Source: Stegostoma tigrinum (lineage: Eukaryota). Taken from it: a stretch of DNA of 64,000 nt. A model generated the notes under the pieces. The model ran no database searches. It saw nothing but the letters and a program-made list of their open reading frames with translations, and was not told where the DNA came from. Both the position numbers and the translations under genes were made by a program. The stretch's first letter is position 1. Each line of letters opens with the position of its first letter. Positions 52,541 through 64,000 of the stretch are shown here, in pieces. Location of the stretch: assembly GCF_030684315.1 (NCBI RefSeq), contig NC_081357.1, forward strand, positions 26,541,786 to 26,605,785, in the 5' to 3' direction.

Positions 52541-52789
52541 GTGCTCTATTAGGTTAAGGGACACCACTTACTCACTGCAACTGAAAATCAATGTCATGTA
52601 GACATGCTTAAGTCACTATCAGATGCATGATCCATACTGAAGAACTCACATCTATATTATGCTGACAATCTTCAAATACTTCTCAGGCAATGCACTTCCT
52701 ACTCACTTATCACTCACTCTCTGGTATTCAAAGCACTGCCAGAGACCAGGAGCATTTGCTGACCTCAAAGCAGTCTCTGAATCTGTTGT

Positions 52790-52980
52790 TTGCTTTCCTG
52801 AGGCTGAGATAAGTATAGATGGAGTGAAGAGACGAAAGGCTGATTTGCATGATGGACTGGGTTGTGTTCACAACTCTCTACAGTTACTTATGTTGTGGGA
52901 AACAGCAGTTGCCAAACTATGCTAAGATGCATCCAGGTAGAATGCTGTCAATGGTGAATCAATAAAAATTGGTAAGAAGA
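52790..52980 (-). mobile_element. Rex1/Babar LINE fragment
   Basis: Minus strand resembles FY...TIDSILPGCILA.FGNC...KLQRVVNTTQSIMQ. Confidence 0.6.
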
Positions 52981-53608
52981 GGGGAATTTGCAAGTGGTGG
53001 TGATCCCAGGTATCTGCTGCCTTGCTCTTCAAGATAATAGTAATCATGGGTTTAGAAAATGATATCTAAGGAACCATGGTGAATTTCTGCAGTATGTTAG
53101 AGCTCTTACTGATTTTTCATTATTTTTGTTTTATTCTTTTACCAGTTTCAATTTGGAGCTGTGAACTGGGAACAGTGTGCTAAAATGCATTGTGGGTAAT
53201 GGCTTGTGTTAAAATGAAAACAGACTAGTGGGACTAGTTTAGTTTGGGAAACTTGGTCGGCATTGACAAGTTGGATTGAAGTGTCTGTTTCCATCCTCAA
53301 TGATTCAATGACAAACAAGTTTTTGTTTGAGAGGCCAGGCCTGCAAATTAATTGGTTCTGCAGACACTTCATCACCAGGGAAGAGCATTACGTTTAAACA
53401 GACAACAGGAGTTGACTATTAATGAGATCAGTACCTGGGAATTGGTTCCAGCATGTCCAGAAAAGATCTTATGCTCAAGAAGATGACAGATGTTGAATAG
53501 CAATTGAGACATCATGGAGGAGACAGTCAGATTGTCAGGAAGTGGTGAGATATTGAATTGGGTTTCGTACTGTGCTTTCCCCGAGAAGGAATCTGGCTGC
53601 TGATGCTG

Positions 53609-53942
53609 CACAGTGGCTCAGTGGTTAGCACTGCTGCCTCACAGTGCTAGGCCCCCAGGTTCAATTCCACCCACGAATGACTGTCTGTGTGAAATTTGCA
53701 CATACTCCCCATGTCTGTGTGTGTTTCCTCTTGGTGAAGGATGTTAAAGATGTGGAGGTTAGGTGGATTGGCCATGCTGAATTGAACATAGTGTCTAGGG
53801 ATGTGTAGGTTACAAATGGTTACTGCAGCATTACAAGGATGGGATAGGAGGCTGGGTCTGGGTGGGATATTGCTCAGAGGGTGAGTGCGGACTTGATGGG
53901 CTGAATTGCCTGCTTCCACACTGAAGGCATTCTACGGTTCAA
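53609..53942 (+). mobile_element. HE1 V-SINE
   Basis: cacagtggctcagtggttagcactgctgcctcacagtgctagg...ggttcaattccacc...aaagatgtggaggttaggtggattggccatgct. Confidence 0.88.
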
Positions 53943-55099
53943 TTTGTCATCCTTGTTGTTCCGTGCCCTCCATCCCCTCCTCCTTAATGTGTCAGCATTC
54001 ACGGTTACAATTTAGGTTCCCAACATTGCCCCACAGCCCCTCCGTGTTGAGGTCCCACTGCCCATGCTGAACATTACAATGTTATCGACACCCAGACATA
54101 TAGTGTATTGGGGAAAGGTATATGCAAGGTCTGCTGGAAGTTGTAAAGTGTGCTGAATGCCCAGTGTAGGGTAGAGCAGAAGCATTTTTCTTCCATTCTG
54201 TTTTTCAGCCACCAGCATTTGAATTCCAATTTTTTGCAGAAGGAGCAGGTAAATCAACAACTAAAGTTATTAGAAACAATGCATTTTCCAGTACTGTAAG
54301 TACTGTGTTGTTTTATTACCATTGTAAAGTTTAGCAGTAATGTAAAACTTATTAGGAGGTGTAGCCTAATTAAAAATTATTAATTACTTTGCACATATTA
54401 AAATAAGGCAAGGAGTGCCCTATTATTTCAGAATGTATTTAATTGAATTGAACAATATATTGCCCCTAGCATTTAACAAATAAATAGTGAAAAGTATAAT
54501 ATGTCTCCACGCTTCAGAGCCATTTTCTGTTAAAGAAGATATTAAGATATAAATAAAATATAACTAAAACAGAATTCTTCCTCTGTCCTTGTGCTCCACT
54601 TCACATCGGGGGGGGGGGTGGTCTCTACAACAGGTTTCATGCCCACCAATGCCCCCACATCGTAGTCCATTCCAGGAATTCCACTCTGGGGCTGCCATCG
54701 CTGTTACTGCTCTGCAGCCAGCAGTGGCACAATGAGCCTACCACGCTACCACTGATGCAATAACCATTCCCATTGATCTGCCAGGAGTACCAATTTGGTC
54801 CTACACACTGCCGTAGTCAAAGCCCAATGTCCCAGTTCCATCAGAGGATGCCCTGTCATTGCCGCCATCTTGAAAGTTGGTGCCTCCACCAAGTCCTGCG
54901 CTGGTGGGTCCACCAGCGTCAAACATATCACAATCTGGTGCGCTATTACTCACTGCTGAGCCGGCACCCAAATGTGAGTGCTTTTGGATGCTGATGTGAT
55001 CCAAAGTAAACACATCCGCAGTGAACACTTCCGTTTATAGAAATTTTGCAACCTGCAATTGCTGAGGCACATCAGGGAGGGGAAAGGTTACCTGGACAC

Positions 55100-55460
55100 T
55101 TTGTTCCTGAAGGCAATCACACTCCTTAGGATAGCTTTATCAAGTACAGTCAACAGGATGGTGCGATTGCAAGGGAGGCAGGTAAGGTGATCCAGAGTGC
55201 AGAAGCCTCAGTCTATAACTATCCAAGACGTTTGAGATCTTTTTCAGCTTCTTTGCACAAGAGTAAGGGCTGCAGGATGGATGAGCAAACTCAGTATTTC
55301 ACCCATGGTAAAGGAAGCTATTCAAGGGCGTGCAGTAAGAAGGAATGTAATGGTCGCAGGGGACAGTATTGTGAGGGAGAGTAGCAAAGTGCGTGAGTAC
55401 AGATGGCTGTACTTGCCTGGTGCAAGGGCCTGGGCTGAAGAGTAATCTGCAATGAAAATA
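55100..55460 (+). pseudogene. CR1 ORF1 (SGNH-esterase) relic
   Basis: RNVMVAGDSIVR...WLYLPGARA corresponds to the GDS and LPGA motifs of CR1 ORF1p. Confidence 0.65.
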
Positions 55461-55479
55461 GGAGGATCTAATAGTCATC

Positions 55480-56620
55480 ACAGAATCACAAAGTGTTACA
55501 TAGAACACAGAATGATACATAGCATGGAACATGCAACAGTACATATGGTGCAGAAGGAGGCTTTTCAGCATATCATGGCTGTGTTGGCTCTTCAAACAAA
55601 CATCATTACCTCGTATCAATCTCTTGCTTTCTCCCACATTGTTGCACATTATTTGAAACCAAATGATCATCCAATGTCCACTTGAATCCCTCAATTGAAC
55701 CTGCCTCCACCATACCTCCAGACAGGACATTTTATACTGTAACTACTCGCTATGTGATACGTTTTTCTTCACTTCACCCTTACTTCTTTAGTAGCTCACT
55801 TTAAATCTATGCCGTCATGCTCTTGATCATTTTATGTTTCTGTTCAAACAATTATCTAATGTCCTCTTGAATGCCATGACTGAACATGCCTTTGTCACAC
55901 CTCCAGACAGTGCATTCCAAATCATAACTACTCACTGCATGAACTTTTTAATCGCATCATATTTGATTCTTTGCAAATCTGTGTTCTCTTGTTCTCAATC
56001 CCTTAATGAATGGGAATAGTTTCTCCTATCTGTTCCATTTAGACACTTCATGATTTTGAAAATTTCTGTCAAATCTCCTCTTACCCTTAATAAGACCATA
56101 AGTCCATAAGAAATAGGAAAAGGCTGTTTGGCCCCTCAAGCCTCCTTCACCATTCAATAGAATTATGGCTGATCCAAAATTCCTTCCATCCACTTTCCAG
56201 CCCTTTCTTCATAACCCTTGATTCTCCCAACTAATAAGAATCCATCTATCTCAGTCGTAAATCTCTCTCAGCAATGACTCTGCCCCATAGTTCTTTGTGT
56301 AAGGAGTTCCAAAGACTCATAACCCTCAGAGAAGAAATTTGTCCTTGTTTCAGTCTCAAATAGATAGCCATTTATTCTGAGACCATGTCCTCTGATCCTA
56401 GACTCTCCCATGAGGGAAAATATCCTCTCAGCATTTACCCTGTCAAGTCCCCTCTTTTTCTTGTTTCGAATAAAGCAGTCCCAATATCTACAATTTATCA
56501 TCACAAATGAAATTTTTCATTCCTGGAGAACTCTTTCTGCATTCTCTTCAATGTGTTCACATCCTTCCCAAAGTGTAACACCCATAACTGTATACCATAC
56601 GCTAGCTAAGGTCTAATCAG
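55480..56620 (-). mobile_element. cluster of nested CR1 3' fragments
   Basis: Repeated tails (cacagaatcacaaag, catagaacacagaat, ccataagtccataagaaatagg). ORF 56268..56504. Confidence 0.7.
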
Positions 56621-57119
56621 TGTTCACTAGTTCTTTGTTATTCACATCACTTATATCTGTATTAAATTCTCACAGTCAAACAAAATTGCAAGAGGAATAC
56701 CTACTAGCTTATGCATGTCTTCAAAGAGCTTGTGCAAAGTCCTTGGAGTTAGGAAAAAGTAATTCAGCACTTGTAGTACCACTCCCTGCATATTTTTGAA
56801 ACTTGAAGCAACAAAGAAAGCATCCAAAATATGTAGAATTGAGGTCAGATCATCATATTTTTGGTGATTAAGAGTGTGCATGTTTAGCTCTTTATCAAAC
56901 TGGCATCTAGCGCACATCATGGCTGAAACATATACACTATGCACAATTTGAAACCTTCAAGACTCTGCTTGATCACAAATAAATGGAGCTCAATTTTGCC
57001 TCCCAAGTTCTCTTTCCTGCACATAGAATTAAGACTCCTACTAAAATAAGAAAGAAAAAAGTGAAGAAGGGGAGAAGGAAAAGAAGAAAACAGAAGAAAT
57101 AAAACTGGATTAAAACGTC

Positions 57120-57415
57120 AGGAAATTCCAAAGCATTTTACACCAAACAAAGTACTTTTGGGGTAAAGTGTAAATGTTTAAGAAACACTGTAAGAGCTCA
57201 CAAATCATAGTGTCATATAGCCAGAAAAACTGTTTTAGTGCAGATAACTGAGGAATAACTCCCTGCTCAGACAGAACCTTAGTTTACATTTCATTAGTAC
57301 TGCACTGAAATGTCAACATAGTTTTTAGAGCTTATATCTCTAGAGTGAGATGTGAAAGCTCAATCTTCAAATAAAGAAGCAACAGTCCTACCAACTGAGA
57401 CACAGCTGACACAGT
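57120..57415 (-). mobile_element. Deu-domain SINE, antisense
   Basis: cattagtactgcactg...cctaccaactgagacacagctgacac. Confidence 0.55.
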
Positions 57416-57649
57416 ACGATTAAGATTAAGGTTATGGTTGAATCTTCCAACGAGGAAAGCTTTATTCTGTTCTTGCCTGAGCTATACTTAACTGTGTACA
57501 ATTCACTCCCTTTGTACCAAATGAGAAAGTATTAAGTTTTCCTACAGTAGCATGCCTTTTAAAACGGTTACCATTTCAGTCCAAATGCACCATTTTAGGT
57601 TGCAAATTGTATTCAAAAAGAAGGCAAGAAATTCTATTTAAAAATATAC

Positions 57650-57726
57650 CTGTTCTGTTCTGTTCTATGTTAATTTCAGTGTTCCCAAGAGCGGTGGAAG
57701 GTCTACTCTCTTGTTTTGCCTGTTTG
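57650..57726 (-). CDS. ARMC2: ARMC2 internal exon (77 nt, phase 2 to phase 1), low-conservation N-terminal region: KQAKQESRPSTALGNTEINIEQNRT
   Basis: Acceptor cttttacgtatctatttcag, donor CAG|gtatat. Only one of three frames is open, and it is the one that joins in phase to the 42222 exon. The peptide itself is poorly conserved. Confidence 0.7.
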
Positions 57727-58004
57727 CTGAAATAGATACGTAAAAGTATTTGTAAAACAAGGATTACAATTTAAGTCTAATAAGAATAAAAACAAAGATT
57801 GCCATCTGATTTTTGACAATTCCATAATACAGAATTCATAGCTTATGCTTTATTGAATATTGTGCAATTAATCACTATTGTAATTTTGGCTGTAGAAATG
57901 ATGAAACATTAAGATGATTTGGACATTGTGATAGTCAAAATAAATATAATTTAGTCTTTGTAAAGTCAAGAAAATCTCCACAAAGAACAAAGTTAATTTG
58001 GTAA

Positions 58005-58211
58005 CACAGTGTGGAACTGGAGGAACACAGCAGGTCAGGCAGGATCAGAGAATAGGAAAGCTGACGTTTTGGGTCGGGACCCTTCTTAAGAAGAAGGGTC
58101 CTGAGCCAAAACATCAGCTTTCCTGCTCCTCTGATGCTGCCTGGACTGCTGTGTTCCTCCAGCTCCACACTGTGTTATCTCAGACTCCATCATCAGCAGA
58201 TCTTATTATCT
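58005..58211. mobile_element. self-inverted PLE pLTR hairpin, 17-bp flanking duplication
   Basis: Arms at about 58002-58087 and 58091-58177. caaagttaatttggtaa at 57988-58004 and 58212-58228. Confidence 0.88.
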
Positions 58212-58343
58212 CAAAGTTAATTTGGTAATGTGTGTAGATAGCGAACACATCAGAAACATTCAGATGAATATCAGGTTCAAGACGTGTTCCAAAGGGATAC
58301 CCATTGTAAATGTGGCTGGAAAGCATCTGCTGCAATATCTTAC

Positions 58344-58398
58344 TTAGTAAATTGAGGATTATGAGACTCAATTGACAAACCATTAAAGGAACTTAATT
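58344..58398 (-). CDS. possible small ARMC2 exon (ELSSFNGLSIESHNPQFT), 5' boundary uncertain
   Basis: Donor AA|gtaaga gives phase 2, matching the 57726 exon. Pyrimidine tract ctgcttcttccttcctgaaaaag lies upstream. No recognisable homology. Confidence 0.25.
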
Positions 58399-59404
58399 CT
58401 TTTTCAGGAAGGAAGAAGCAGTAGTGTAAAATCGGAAATTTATTCTTTGTGAGAATGCTTATAATTTTAGCAACCTTTTCCTTCGGACTTCTCTAGCCCT
58501 GGAACAATCTAATATTGACTCCAGCACAACTTAGTCACTGTGATTTTATTAAAACTGTTAGCAAAAGAAGATATTTATTTAACAGGCTTTCAAAAAAATA
58601 GCAATCATACGTCTGGAATTCTAAGTGAATGAGCTCATATAAGTATAAGCTTTAGCTAGGATCTTCCCAAAATAGTAAAGATCCCATAAGAGAACCCAGA
58701 GCCTGAGAAAGTTAGAAAGTCCACCAGATCTTCCAGTCAGAAGGTGGCAATTCCAGAACATAGCAATGCCTTTACAACATACCCCAGACTCCCAGGGAGA
58801 AGGATTACTATGGGAAATGTTAAGTGCTGTTAGGTGGGGGAGAGAGTATGGTTCTCAGATTCAGAGTTGGAGGGACAGAGGAACTAAAATCATTGTAATG
58901 GCTTTCAGCACCAACAACCTGCAGTAAACCTGGTCCCTTGACTGCAGACAGGTTATGCAGATTCAGGGATGTCCACCTCCAAAGGAACAGCACCAGTCAC
59001 ACCTAAAAATGAGGTGTCAAATCAGTGAAGCTACAAACCAAGGCTATTTTCATACCAAACAGTTTAATCAGCAAGTGATAGATAGACCTAAGCAATTCCA
59101 TAACCAATGGATTAGTTCTAAACTCTGCAATCCTGCCATATCAGTTGTTTTTGGTTGTAGACAACCAAACAACTAACTGGGGGAGGAGGCTTCACAAAAA
59201 TTGCAATCCACAAAGCAAATGTAAGGCTGAAGATCATAACAATATATAGGAGCAGAATTAGGCTATTTGGCCCATCACATTTGCTCTGCTCTGCCATTTG
59301 ATCTTGGCCATTATGTTTCTCAAACCTGTTCTCCTGCCTTCTCCTCATAACCCTTGAGACCCTTACTAATCAAGAATCTAATTATCGCAGTCTTAATTAC
59401 ACTG

Positions 59405-60895
59405 AACATTTTGGTAATAGAACTGAAGAGCTGTGCTCCAGAATGTGTTGCAACCCTAGCCAAGCTGCTCCAGTGCAGCTACTATCGACTACCCAACAGT
59501 GCGGAAGATTGTCCAGGTATATCATGCATATATTAAGCAAGAGAAATCTGACCGCACCAATTGCCACCCCATCAGTCTACTCTCAATCATCAGTAAAGTG
59601 ATGGAAGGTGTTATCAACAGTGCTAACAAGCAGCACCTGCTCATCAACAACCTGCTCATTGATGCCCATTTGGGTTCCACTCAGGGCCACTCAGCTTCTC
59701 ACCTTATTACAGTCTTAATCAATCATGGAATCAAACAAAAGAGTTGAATTCCAGAGATGAACTGAGAATGACTACATATTTGACCAAGTGTGCCATCAAG
59801 TAGCCCCAACAAAATGGGAATCAATGGGAAACGGAGGGGGGGGGAAGGCAGGGTGAGGGAACTCTGTCTCAGAGTCATACCTGGCACAAAGGAAGATGGT
59901 TGTCATTGGGGGACAGTCATCTCAGCTCCATGACATCTCTGCTTTGGTTCCTGAGGGTAGTATCCTCAGCCTAATCATCCTTGGCTACTTCATCAACAAC
60001 CTTACCTCATTATAAAGTCAGAAGTTGGAATGTTCACCAATGAATGCACAATGTTCAGCACCATTCATGACTCCTCAGATATTAAAGCAATCCATTCCAA
60101 AGGCAGGAAGATCTCGACAATATCAAGACTTGGGTTGGAAAGTGGCAAGTAACATTCACACTACCAAATGCAAAGCAATATCAATCTCCAATAAAGAGAC
60201 AGCCCAGGGGGTTACCATTTCTGAAGAAGGGTCCCGACCAGAAACATCAACCTTCCTGCTCCTCTGATGCTGCCTGCCCTGCTGTGTTCCTCCAGCTCCA
60301 CACTGTTTGCCATATAAAGTACCGTGGCGAAAAGAGCTGGTTAGAGGGCTAAGAATCCTGCAGCGAAAATTCACTTCCTGACTCCTCAAAGCCTATCCAC
60401 CAACTGCAATACTCCCCATTTACCTGAGTGGGTGCACCTCCAGCAACACTCATGAGGCTTGACAGCATTAGGGACAAAGCAGCCCACTTGATTGGCAAAA
60501 GACCAACAAGCATCCAATCCCTACATCACTGATGCTCAGTAGCCACAATGTGACTCATTTACAAGATGCACATCTAAGATCCACTAAGGGTCCTTTGCCA
60601 TCACATTTCAAACACATCAACACTCGCATCTGGAAGGATAAGGCATCAGATGCATTGGAAAACCACCTTTAACATCACCTTCAAGCCACTCACCATCTAA
60701 AGTTGGAAATATATCACAGTTTTATTGTGTTATTTGAGTGAAAATCTTGGAAATTCCCCCTTATCGTTATTGTGGGTCTACACACAACACATGGACTGCA
60801 GTGGTTCAAGGAGGCAGTTCACCACCACTTTCTCAAGGCCAACAGGAAAAAAGAATAGTTGCTGGCCCACCCAGTGATGAATGAAAGATAAAAGC
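59405..60895 (+). mobile_element. LINE family B (RT to tail) with a nested pLTR fragment at about 60218-60305
   Basis: ELKSCAPEC, PISLLSIISKVMEGVINS, VPEGSIL. Insert tctgaagaagggtcccgaccagaaacatc. Confidence 0.85.
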
Positions 60896-61094
60896 AACCT
60901 GTTCACACTGGTTAATTTGTCATGGAAGCCAACCTGATGTTGTGCCAATAAAATATCCTGGAGAAACATAAAGAAAATATAACAGCGATTAAGATTGCAT
61001 AGTGATCATACTACTAGACGAGTAAATCGGAGGCCTGGATTAGTATTGTAAAAAAAGTCATTTGGTAGTATAAAACTTGAGCTTCACTGAGGAA

Positions 61095-61945
61095 AAGACA
61101 TTTTGAAAAGCTTTTCATCTTGCATTTTTAAGGATACTTTGCAAGAATATCAATTCAAGGGATCATGCCAAATGACAGGAGACTATTGGTTGGTAACAGC
61201 ATTGCCATAGAGTTAATGCTGATTGCCAATTTACAGTCAGGCTTTGTTTAGATTTTAAACAAGGGAGGTTAACTCTGATTGGTCAGGGTATTGTCCTGAG
61301 AAATTAACGGTGAATAGCTGCACCTATTTTGTTGAGTTGAAACAGACACAGTGAGTGCACGTTATTTCTGTCAGCAAAGAACAGGCCTGCGTGTTAATAT
61401 ATTTAGCATCCAATATACACAATATATACAGTAACTGACTGACAATCCTAAATTCGTTGTCAACATAAATCTTTGCACATTCAGGATTATCCAGCAAATG
61501 ATGTCCAATTGAGGACTCACATCAAATGGTGGACACTGTTGTGGTTGGTTGGTTGGGTATGGTCAGTACTTTGGTTACTGCTGGCAGCCGAAGGAACCTG
61601 TTTTCTGATACAATCTGCTTGGTTTTGGTATCTCCGATGCATACTTGGCATCACATTGGCACTGAAATTCACATAACATGTTAGTTAATTGTACGATAGG
61701 TAGAATATTTTTGTGGCTTGATGGCAGCATCCTAATAGTCACTAGTGGCAATAGCCACTCATGTTATTACTGCACAGCTTCACCTGTTGCTCAAAAATTT
61801 GAGATACTTTACCCTTCCACAGTGATCTGAGGTAGGCTGGGAACTTTTCAGGATCAGGGACAATCACCTTAGTGCCTTTCATGACACTGTATATCGCACA
61901 ATGAGAAATGATTTGATCACAATAGCTCTTATCCTGTATGGATGA
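61095..61945 (-). mobile_element. old PLE (Poseidon-like) RT-thumb/GIY-YIG relic
   Basis: PEKFPAYLRSLWKGKVSQIFEQQVKL...RMLPSSHKNILPI...NMLCEFQCQCDAKY...CESSIGHHLLDNPECAK...KYINTQ. Confidence 0.75.
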
Positions 61946-61949
61946 GCCA

Positions 61950-62310
61950 ATTTTTTTTTGTTTATTCATTAACAGGATGAGGGCGTCACTGGCTAGGCGG
62001 CATTTATTGCCCATCCCTAATTTCCCTGAGGGTTATTGAGAGTCAACCACATTGCTATGGGTCTGGAGTCACATCTAGGCCAGATCAAGGATGGCAGTTT
62101 CCTTCCCTGAAGGACATTGGTGAACCAGGCGGGTTTTTCCTGACAATCAACAATTGGTTCATGGTCTTTATTAGATTCTTAATTCCGGATATTTTATGGA
62201 ATTCAAATTCCACCATCTGCCGTGGCAGGACTCGAACCCAGTCCGCAGAATGTTACATGGGTCTCTGGATGAATAGTCTAGCAATAATACCCGTAGGCCA
62301 TCACCGCTCC
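61950..62310 (-). mobile_element. full-length tRNA-derived SINE, antisense
   Basis: Poly-T, then gcatttattgcccatccctaatt...ggactcgaaccc...aatacccgtaggccatc: the reverse complement of 42790-43145. Confidence 0.85.
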
Positions 62311-62699
62311 TGCAGGGATGAAAATCTCCAAAGCCAATATTTTCATTGTAAAGATTGATGACAGTGTTAAGCTTGTTCAGTCAGGAGTAAAACTAACTTT
62401 ACAAGTTTGGTGATTCATTCCTCAGAAGAAAATTTTCAAAATGCAGATTTGAGGTGAAGTGAAATGCTGTAGTCTGGTGTTTAGGTTTTGATCTTCATCC
62501 CACGTGTATGTCCCGGCGCTCTTTGCATAATAATTTAAATCTTTTGGAATTCTTTCATTTTGGAATGATTGATCACTCTGACTGGTGCTGGCTTAATTCC
62601 TGAATACACCACTTTAAAATTGGCTTTGGCCAATAAAGCCATCTAAAGGTTTGCAGGCAGCATTTAATGACATCACCTTTGTCTCTGATGAAAAAATCA

Positions 62700-64000
62700 G
62701 GACCATGGAGCAGGGTTTTCCCATTCTGTCAAGCAATCAGTATAAGGTTGATCCAAGGCTGGAGAATCCCAAGGGAAAAATGTCAGAAAAATGATAAATG
62801 GATCAGGACCGTGAGAGAAGGTCACAACACCAGAATATCATAACGTGGTCCAAGGTCACCACCTGGGTCAGTATAGTGCCCATGTTACAGTATTGTAGCC
62901 AGTAGTGCTGCAAGAAGGTCAATAATTTTCTCCAGGATGCCACACTCCTCTTTGCTACCTTACACTCACTCAATATCCACTACTATATCCAGCTTCTGTC
63001 AAAACTTATGCTCTTCAATTCTCACCAGTACCTGTAACCATTTCTCTTACTCTCACTTCCTCCCCCAGTCCAGTCCACCAACATCACACATCACTAACCC
63101 TGCACAGCTTTTGCACTGCATACTCACAGCCAGGCCACCATATCACCTTTCAACCAGTTACACAATCATTAACAGTTGTGATACCAACTATCATCTCACT
63201 AAATCCCTCCCTTTCTCTCATTCCAGAAGAAAACAGCCCATAACAGGGTCCAAAAAGGCTGGATGGGTGGAGGGATGCCTGATATCAGGCTTATTATTCG
63301 CTATGAGAACACAATACTCTCCCTCACATGAGAAGACCGAGACCACTCCTGCTATCTAAGTATCTCCCTTCATACCATTGTAACTCTCTTATGAACACCA
63401 CTGGAGTTCCATTAATTGCATTCCACTTCTAATTATGAGCCACAATGCCTTCTCTCGTGTCTTGTAGGTACAGTCAGCATCTCCATGAACTCTGTGGAGA
63501 AATGTCTGGCTCTCCCAGAGGCCACCATCTTCACTGCTGAGGTCAAGAGTACCAAGTCTGAGTGGAAGTAACAGCCAGATTTCCACCTGCATCCCCAACT
63601 AGCTCAGACCCTGATACCTCATTGGAAATGCCTCATGTAGAAATTTGGTTCTGTTTTAATATGGTGAGAATGAAAAAGATCACATACTTGATGTTGAGAA
63701 AAAAAAACACCTTGGTTTTACCCTCAAGCTTTTAACAATGAGCTCTGAATCTTGCCCATGTGTGGAATACATGAGTAATGGCACAGTTAGAGTGAATGCT
63801 GCCCCTGTGAGTATGGGATAGCAGAACAAAAATGGTGGCACTTGCAGAGCAGAGATTATTGATTTTCATTCTGAACTTCCGGCGTCTTTTCTCACCCAGG
63901 CTACAGCAATGACCCATCATACTGCTCGAGCTGGCTGGGTCTGATGATGAGGCCACTTTGGAAGGCAGTAGCAAGAAGAGCTACCGTCCTCTCTACTTCA
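62700..64000 (+). pseudogene. Harbinger Myb/SANT-like gene relic with intron structure, running off the window end
   Basis: WSKVTTWVSIVPMLQYCSQ*CCKKVNNFLQ (about 62845-62935). After ttccag: KKTAHNRVQKGWMGGGMPDIRLII (about 63227). After ttgtag: a Ser/Glu-rich segment. Confidence 0.65.

Noticed and set aside
56651-56944. 97-aa minus-strand ORF in unique DNA as an ARMC2 exon
   Set aside because: No ARMC2 similarity and no convincing splice pair. The flanking exons already join in phase.
3883-60305. Recurrent ~130-bp repeat as a CRISPR-like or tandem array
   Set aside because: The copies are dispersed PLE pLTRs in eukaryotic DNA with no regular spacers.
61521-61661. Constitutive ARMC2 exon call
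   Set aside because: The sequence is embedded in a continuous PLE GIY-YIG relic, so it is kept only as an exonisation hypothesis.

Overview
This is vertebrate genomic DNA, almost certainly from a cartilaginous fish (shark-type HE1/V-SINE, Deu-type SINE, CR1 and Penelope families). The whole window lies inside one minus-strand gene, recognisable as ARMC2 (armadillo repeat-containing 2, a motile cilium/flagellum gene). Five phase-compatible GT-AG exons were traced: 57726-57650, 42222-42115, 39098-38923, 37315-37213 and 31276-31053. The next exon was not found in 1-31052, so that intron is probably longer than 31 kb. The introns are a dense nest of decayed transposons: CR1 LINEs, a second CR1/L2-group LINE with its partner tRNA-SINE, several Penelope-like element (PLE) families, a Gypsy gag-protease relic, Harbinger transposase and Myb/SANT relics, and Rex1 and L2 fragments. 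The most notable structures are TSD-flanked self-inverted PLE terminal-repeat hairpins with hammerhead-ribozyme-like cores at the fold, two twin-priming-type 5' inversions in PLEs, a PLE segment that looks like a phase-compatible cryptic exon, and inverted repeat pairs flanking ARMC2 exons. I see no convincing wholly new system. Most ORF-track entries are transposon shadows or noise. Repeat boundaries were estimated by eye (about +/-20-50 bp); exon boundaries were counted exactly.
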